A model generated the notes under the pieces. The model saw only the letters and a program-made list of their open reading frames with translations, did no database searches and was not told where the DNA came from. A stretch of 64,000 bases of DNA from an uncultured bacterium (GTDB taxonomy: Bacteria; Pseudomonadota; Alphaproteobacteria; Sphingomonadales; Sphingomonadaceae). The DNA is taken from NCBI GenBank assembly GCA_942636505.2, contig CALOGB020000012.1, positions 2,657-66,656 of the forward strand, written 5' to 3'. Below, piece after piece: positions 58,835 through 64,000 of this stretch (position 1 is its first letter; each line of letters begins with the position of its first letter). A program made the translations under genes and the position numbers.

Positions 58835-59538
58835 GCGCCCGTGCACGATCCGAGGCGATAACCGATCCCCGCCCGCGTCTCGATCAGGTCGTCGGCGCCG
58901 GCTTTCGCAAACTTGCCGCGCAGGTTGCGGATGTGACTGTCGATCGTGCGGTCGGTGACCGCGAAACCGGGGCCGTGCAACCGGTCGATGATCGCGTCGC
59001 GGCTGAATACCCGACCCGGCATCGACGCGAGCAGCCGCAGGATCTGGAACTCGGTAACGGTCAGCGCGATCTCGACCTCGCCCCAGAGCGCGCGCCAGCC
59101 TTCCAGGTCGAGCCGCAACCGACCGTGCGACAGATCGCGCCCATCCTCGGTGTTCGGTGCCCGCGCGGACGTGCGGCGCAGGATCGCCATCACCCGCGCG
59201 ACCACCTCGCGCGGCGAAAACGGCTTCACAACATAGTCGTCGGCGCCGAGTTCGATGCCGAGCACCCGGTCGATCTCGTCGTCGCGGCTCGACAGGAAGA
59301 GGATCGGTATGTCCGCCCTGCCCTCTCCACCACGGAGGCGTCGACACACCTCCAGCCCATCCATCCGCGGCATGTTGATGTCGAGCACCACAAGGTCGGG
59401 CGCATGCGTCTCGACGAGTGCCAGCGCGGCTTCGCCGTCCGCCGCCTCGATCGCGCCGAGCCCGGCCTTGTCGAACGCGAACACGAGCAGCTGGCGGATA
59501 TGAGGATCGTCATCAACGACCAGAATGGTGCGAGGCAT
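58831..59538 (-). CDS. OmpR-family response regulator
   Basis: ILVVDDDP, DLVVLDINMP and VVKPF receiver motifs, plus a winged helix (LTVTEFQILRLL...GIGYRL). Confidence 0.92.
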   Translation of the reverse strand: MPRTILVVDDDPHIRQLLVFAFDKAGLGAIEAADGEAALALVETHAPDLVVLDINMPRMDGLEVCRRLRGGEGRADIPILFLSSRDDEIDRVLGIELGADDYVVKPFSPREVVARVMAILRRTSARAPNTEDGRDLSHGRLRLDLEGWRALWGEVEIALTVTEFQILRLLASMPGRVFSRDAIIDRLHGPGFAVTDRTIDSHIRNLRGKFAKAGADDLIETRAGIGYRLGSCTGA

Positions 59539-59549
59539 CGGGCACAGGA

Positions 59550-61151
59550 TCATTGTTGGGCGCCCGGCGTCAACGGCTTTGGTGCAAGCTTGGTAGGTAC
59601 GGGCGTCTGCGGTGCTGGAGCGGACGGTGGTGCTGACGGAACCTCCACCGTAGGAGGCGGCAGGATCACCCCGTCGCAGCGCCGTCCGTCCGGTGCGGGC
59701 CGCAAACGCGGCGCCTTGGTGCCGAACATCCCGCGGACGGTCGCAAGCCGTCTCGCGTTGCGCGGCGTCCACAGACGCCAATCGGCCTGCGCATCTGCCG
59801 TTTCGGCCTGATGTTCCCATCGCAGATACGTCAGACGCTCACGCAGTCGCGGCTCGCGTGCATGCTGCTCCAGCGTCGCCAGCGACACGAGCGACGACGA
59901 CCCCAGCCGCGCCATGTAGCACAGGTCGAGCGGCGGCCCCGCCTTACCCTTTGCGAGCGCTATGCGGACATTCCACGCCGCCGCAACCGCGCCAAGATCG
60001 ACAACGCTCGCCGTCACCAGCACCGTCGCAGCCGCCATCGCATTGGCGTTGATCAGCCATGACGCCGACCTATCCGCAAGCAATCGCCAGCCGATCAGCG
60101 CCAGCCCCGTGGCGACCAGGCCCATCCATGCGAGCGCCGACAGGCGCAACACCGTCATCCCGTAGGCGTCGACATAATCGAGCGTTCGCAGTGCACTCGA
60201 CGCCACCAGCAGCAGGTTCTGCACGATCCAGACCGTCACCAGTCCTCGCACCAGCGGGCTCGCCGCGGCTGCGCTGCCCGGACGCAAAGCCAGCAGCACG
60301 AACACGCCGGCGAGCACCGCGGTCACGATCAACGAATACGCGCCCCGATGCGCATAGTCCGCCATCGTCACGCCCGCAGGCAGTCCCGCACCGCTCCACA
60401 GGAACGCGATGTCGAGCGCATTCTCGACTGCGAAAATCGCATTGAACGTCACAAGCGAAAGGATCAGCGTCGCCACCCCCGGCTCGAATGCCATGCCGAT
60501 CGAGCGTTCATTGATACGCCATGCCCGCGTCGTGCGCCGACTTGGCCGCAAGCTTGCCCAGATCGTAACCAGCGCACAGAGCCCGAACATCGTCCGCCAT
60601 GTCACCGCCCACGGATCCGGCAGCACGATCCGCGAAAATGCCTGACCGATCAGCGGATTGGCGTTAGCGAACAGCCCAAGGAAAACCGCGCCGCCCACCA
60701 AGGGCAAGGCGACGACAGCCCCGATCGCGCGGATGCCGCCGGAGGGCGGCCCTCGACGCTGGTGGACCATCGACAGCCGCGCAGCATCCTTCAGCGGCGC
60801 AACGGCGGCGGACATCGCGTGCCAGCCAAGCCTGCGCATCCAGGCGAGCGCATCGTCGAACCCGTGGCGCGGCAGGAGTGCGGCAACCGAGACAGCCGTC
60901 CAGAACAGAACCCAGCCGAGGAAGCTTGGATCGTCGACGAGCACCGCCGCCAATCCGGCGCCGGCGACCAACGCCAGTCGCGCCGATCCGTCATTCCAGA
61001 TCGCTCGTCGCGTCAGCAACAGGGCGGTGATCCAAGCGAAAGCGAACCCACCCACCACCGCGCCATTGCCATCAGCGATTAGTATCTCCGCCAGGACGAT
61101 CAGCGCCAGGGCAGCGCCGATCTTGGTAATCAGTCTTCCATTGCGGTTCAT
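59550..61151 (-). CDS. polytopic membrane protein (DUF4173/DUF4153-like)
   Basis: More than 10 hydrophobic segments, directly upstream of the RR-HK pair on the same strand. The family name is from memory only. Confidence 0.55.
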   Translation of the reverse strand: MNRNGRLITKIGAALALIVLAEILIADGNGAVVGGFAFAWITALLLTRRAIWNDGSARLALVAGAGLAAVLVDDPSFLGWVLFWTAVSVAALLPRHGFDDALAWMRRLGWHAMSAAVAPLKDAARLSMVHQRRGPPSGGIRAIGAVVALPLVGGAVFLGLFANANPLIGQAFSRIVLPDPWAVTWRTMFGLCALVTIWASLRPSRRTTRAWRINERSIGMAFEPGVATLILSLVTFNAIFAVENALDIAFLWSGAGLPAGVTMADYAHRGAYSLIVTAVLAGVFVLLALRPGSAAAASPLVRGLVTVWIVQNLLLVASSALRTLDYVDAYGMTVLRLSALAWMGLVATGLALIGWRLLADRSASWLINANAMAAATVLVTASVVDLGAVAAAWNVRIALAKGKAGPPLDLCYMARLGSSSLVSLATLEQHAREPRLRERLTYLRWEHQAETADAQADWRLWTPRNARRLATVRGMFGTKAPRLRPAPDGRRCDGVILPPPTVEVPSAPPSAPAPQTPVPTKLAPKPLTPGAQQ

Positions 61152-61454
61152 CTTCGCACTCCCCGATTGTCGAGGATCGGCTTTGCCGCGGTCCCGTGAG
61201 CGTCAGATCGCGAGGTCCGTGTGCGGACCGTTCGCTTGTCGTGCAGATCCTGTGCAGAATGATGAATCCAAACCCGGTCGGTTTCCCTCGACCTGCGTTG
61301 CGAATGCCTCGGCGTAGGGCTAGCCTTGCTCCGGGGAGTATCGACACATGGAGTGCAAAGACCGGATCGGCCGGCGTTTCGTAACGAAGCGTTGTCGTCT
61401 GTCCGCTACCCGTTCGTCGATGCAGAATCAGAGTCCTCACCCGCGCCACGGCCT

Positions 61455-62075
61455 ATGTTCGCGATCTTCCTGACGCCGGCTTACGCGCCGTTCGCGATCG
61501 CGTTCGTCGTGATGATCGGGATCGGACTGATCGAGGCGATCGGTCTTGGGCTCGGCCATCTCGATCTCCACGCGGACGTTCATGCCGAAGTCGATGGCGG
61601 CGGCGTCCTTGACTGGCTCGGGCTCGGCCATGAACTGCCGATCCTTATCTGGCTGACCTCGTTGCTTGGCTGCTTCACGCTGGCCGGGATCGCCATCCAG
61701 CAGGGCGCGACCGCGATGGCCGGCGGCCCGCTGCACTGGGGCCTCGCTTCGGGTGGCGCGCTGATCGCCGGCGGCCTGCTCAATACGCTCGCCGCGAGCG
61801 GCCTCGCCCGGGTCATGCCCGGCTTCGAAACGAGCGTAATCTCGACCGACGACTTTCTTCGCCGCCGCGGCACCATCCTCGAGGGCACCGCCCGCCGTGG
61901 ATCGCCGGCTCGCGCAAAGATTGTCGACGAGCACGGCCAGGCGCATTTCATCATGGTCGAGCCGCATGACGACACCGACGCGATCGCCACCGGCGAAACA
62001 GCGCTGATCGTCCGCCGCGACGGCAAACTTTTCTACGCGCTGCCCGAAGCCAACGCGCTCCTGCAGTCGATCTGA
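61455..62075 (+). CDS. YqiJ/NfeD-like membrane protein (DUF1449-like) partner of flotillin
   Basis: N-terminal TM segments and a C-terminal soluble beta-rich part (RGTILEGTARRGSPARAKIVDEHGQAHFIMVEP). Lies immediately upstream of flotillin. Confidence 0.6.
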   Translation: MFAIFLTPAYAPFAIAFVVMIGIGLIEAIGLGLGHLDLHADVHAEVDGGGVLDWLGLGHELPILIWLTSLLGCFTLAGIAIQQGATAMAGGPLHWGLASGGALIAGGLLNTLAASGLARVMPGFETSVISTDDFLRRRGTILEGTARRGSPARAKIVDEHGQAHFIMVEPHDDTDAIATGETALIVRRDGKLFYALPEANALLQSI

Positions 62076-62101
62076 CCACAATCATAACCGGGGAGGGTTT
62101 C

Positions 62102-63838
62102 ATGCCCGCACAGCTTCTGAACGTCCTGATCTATGCCGGTATCGTGCTGTTCGCGCTCGTCGTGATCGGCGTCATCCTGACCCGGCTCTACCGCCGCGCG
62201 ACCAAGGACGTCGCGTTGATCCGCACCGGATTCGGTGGCGAGAAAGTCGTCCTCAACGGCGGCATCATGGTCATTCCAGTACTCCACGAACTGATGCAGG
62301 TCCGCCTGACGACCGTGAAGCTGGAGGTGTCGCGCCTCAACAAGGATGCGCTGATCACGCTCGACAAGTTGCGCGTCGACGTCGTCGGGCTGTTCCATAT
62401 CAAGGTGAAGCCCGACGCGGAGTCGATCGCCGCCGCCGCACAGACCCTGGGTGACTCGGTCAACAGCCCCGACGCGGTGAAGTCGCTGCTCGACGGCAAG
62501 CTCGTCTCCGCGCTGCGTTCGGTGGCGGCAACGATGACGATGGAGCATCTCCACGCCAACCGCGCCGACTTCATCCAGAAGGTGCAGGAGGCGTTGATGA
62601 CCGATCTGGACATGAACGGCTTCCAGCTCGAATCGGTCAGCATCACGCATTTCGACCAGACCGCGTTCGAGCATTTCAACGAGAACAACGCGTTCGATGC
62701 CGAGGGGCTGACCGTGCTCACGCGGACGATCGAGGAGCGCAAAAAGATCCGCAACGACATCGTCGCCACCAACCGCGTCGAGATCGAGCAGCGCAACCTC
62801 GACGCGAACAACCAGTCGCTTGAGATCGCGCAGGCCGCCGAACAGGCCCGCCTGACGCAGGAGCAGACGCTCTCGGCCCGCCGCGCCGAACAGGCGACCG
62901 CGATCGCCACCGCCGAGGCCGAGCAGACCCGCCTCGCCGAGATCGCGCGGATCACCGCCGGCCAGGCGCAGACCGTCGCGCAGACCGAGGCGGACAAGGT
63001 CATCCAGACCGCCACGATCGCGCGCGACGGCGCGATCCAGACCGCGACGATCGAACGCGACCGGACGATCGAGATCGCGCGCATCACGACCGCCGTGCAG
63101 ACCGCGCAGAAGTCCGAAGAGGAATCGACCGCGACCGCGGCCGCAAACGAAGCGCGTGCGCTTGCCGTCCGCGCGGAGGAAAGCGTCGCCACCGCCAAGG
63201 CGACCGAGATCGCCAACCGCAACAAGAACGTCGCGGTGATCGCGGCGACGCAGCGCGCGCAGGAGGAGGCGGTCGGCATCACCGTCGCCGCGACCGCCGA
63301 GAAGGAAGCCGCCGAAGCCCGCGCCAGTGCGCTGCGCACCGAGGCGACCGCCGAAGCCGATGCCGAGAAGGCCCGCGCAGAAGGGCGCGAGGCGGCGTTC
63401 AAGGTCGATGCGGCAGGCCAGGCATCGCTCAACGAGGCGACCAACCTGCTGAGCGATGCACAGACCGCGCTGCTGGTCCGCCGTGCGATGCTCGAGGCGT
63501 TGCCCGCGATCATCGCCGCGGCGAGCAAGCCGATGGAGAATATCGACAAGATCAGCATCCTCGACGCGCGAGGGCTACACGGTGACGGCGGTAGCGACGG
63601 CGCGTCCGGCGGCGGTCAGGGCAATCTCGCCGATGCCGCGGTGGCGGCCGCCATGCGCTACCGCGTCGGTGGCCCGCTGATCGATGGCCTGATGGCGGAA
63701 CTGGGGATGACCGGCAGTTCGTTGAACGGCATGCTCGCCGGCAGCAGCGCTGACGCGACGCCTGCCCGAAGCTCCTCCCCCGATGCTCACAAACAGCCCG
63801 CCGCACTCAACGGCGGATCGGGCAACCCACCGGCCTGA
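62102..63838 (+). CDS. flotillin / SPFH (band-7) family protein (YqiK-like)
   Basis: N-terminal TM segment, an SPFH core, then a long Ala/Glu/Gln/Arg-rich coiled coil (EAEQTRLAEIARITAGQAQTVAQTEA...). Confidence 0.85.
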   Translation: MPAQLLNVLIYAGIVLFALVVIGVILTRLYRRATKDVALIRTGFGGEKVVLNGGIMVIPVLHELMQVRLTTVKLEVSRLNKDALITLDKLRVDVVGLFHIKVKPDAESIAAAAQTLGDSVNSPDAVKSLLDGKLVSALRSVAATMTMEHLHANRADFIQKVQEALMTDLDMNGFQLESVSITHFDQTAFEHFNENNAFDAEGLTVLTRTIEERKKIRNDIVATNRVEIEQRNLDANNQSLEIAQAAEQARLTQEQTLSARRAEQATAIATAEAEQTRLAEIARITAGQAQTVAQTEADKVIQTATIARDGAIQTATIERDRTIEIARITTAVQTAQKSEEESTATAAANEARALAVRAEESVATAKATEIANRNKNVAVIAATQRAQEEAVGITVAATAEKEAAEARASALRTEATAEADAEKARAEGREAAFKVDAAGQASLNEATNLLSDAQTALLVRRAMLEALPAIIAAASKPMENIDKISILDARGLHGDGGSDGASGGGQGNLADAAVAAAMRYRVGGPLIDGLMAELGMTGSSLNGMLAGSSADATPARSSSPDAHKQPAALNGGSGNPPA

Positions 63839-63842
63839 TCGA

Positions 63843-64000
63843 ATGAACGTGAAGGCCCAGCCCCTGGAAATCGATCTGCGCTTTGAGGAAGACGGAGCGC
63901 AGATCTTTGCGGGCGCCTTAGATAACGCCGCATGTCTATCGATCGAACAGGCGATCGCAGACCTACCCAGCGACGTCCCAGGCGTGAGGATCGGGTTCGC
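63843..64000 (+). CDS. hypothetical protein, 3' end outside window
   Basis: ATG 63843 lies 5 nt after the flotillin stop. The frame stays open to the window end (MNVKAQPLEIDLRFEEDGAQIFAG...). Confidence 0.3.
   Translation, partial: MNVKAQPLEIDLRFEEDGAQIFAGALDNAACLSIEQAIADLPSDVPGVRIGF

Overview
High-GC alphaproteobacterial chromosome segment. Gene content and repeat style suggest a sphingomonad, which is an inference. All family and domain names come from motif recognition by eye; no searches were run.

Positions 1-29.4 kb are ordinary core genome. They carry ctaA (partial), rplM-rpsI, gyrA, hemB, an ATP-grasp/LLM-monooxygenase/metNIQ cluster, corA and two tandem tRNA-Arg(ACG). Three families of palindromic REP/MITE-like repeats sit in the intergenic gaps.

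At 29.42 kb a tRNA-Ala(CGC) is followed 33 nt later by a tyrosine integrase, then about 28 kb of compositionally mosaic accessory DNA. In order it contains:
- an integrase/HTH/HUH-Rep-like module
- a small phosphatase upstream of hipBA
- a frameshifted glutaminase
- a tight three-gene cassette built around a phage-type cREC-like receiver fold
- a 1868-aa DUF4011-type SF1 helicase/REase/DUF3320 protein that appears co-operonic with a complete type I R-M (hsdR-hsdM-hsdS)
- a NucS-like nuclease gene cut by an IS481-family element
- a low-GC two-gene operon (DUF262/DUF1524 GmrSD-like plus an AlbA_2/Schlafen-like protein)

The low-GC tract runs into the 3' end of a sensor kinase gene, so its ATPase domain looks foreign. 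The window ends with a DUF4173-like membrane protein, a response regulator and histidine kinase, a yqiJ-like/flotillin pair and a partial ORF.

The best candidates for an undescribed system are the helicase-nuclease plus type I R-M operon, the GmrSD-like/AlbA_2 pair and the cREC cassette. None can be validated without searches or experiments.
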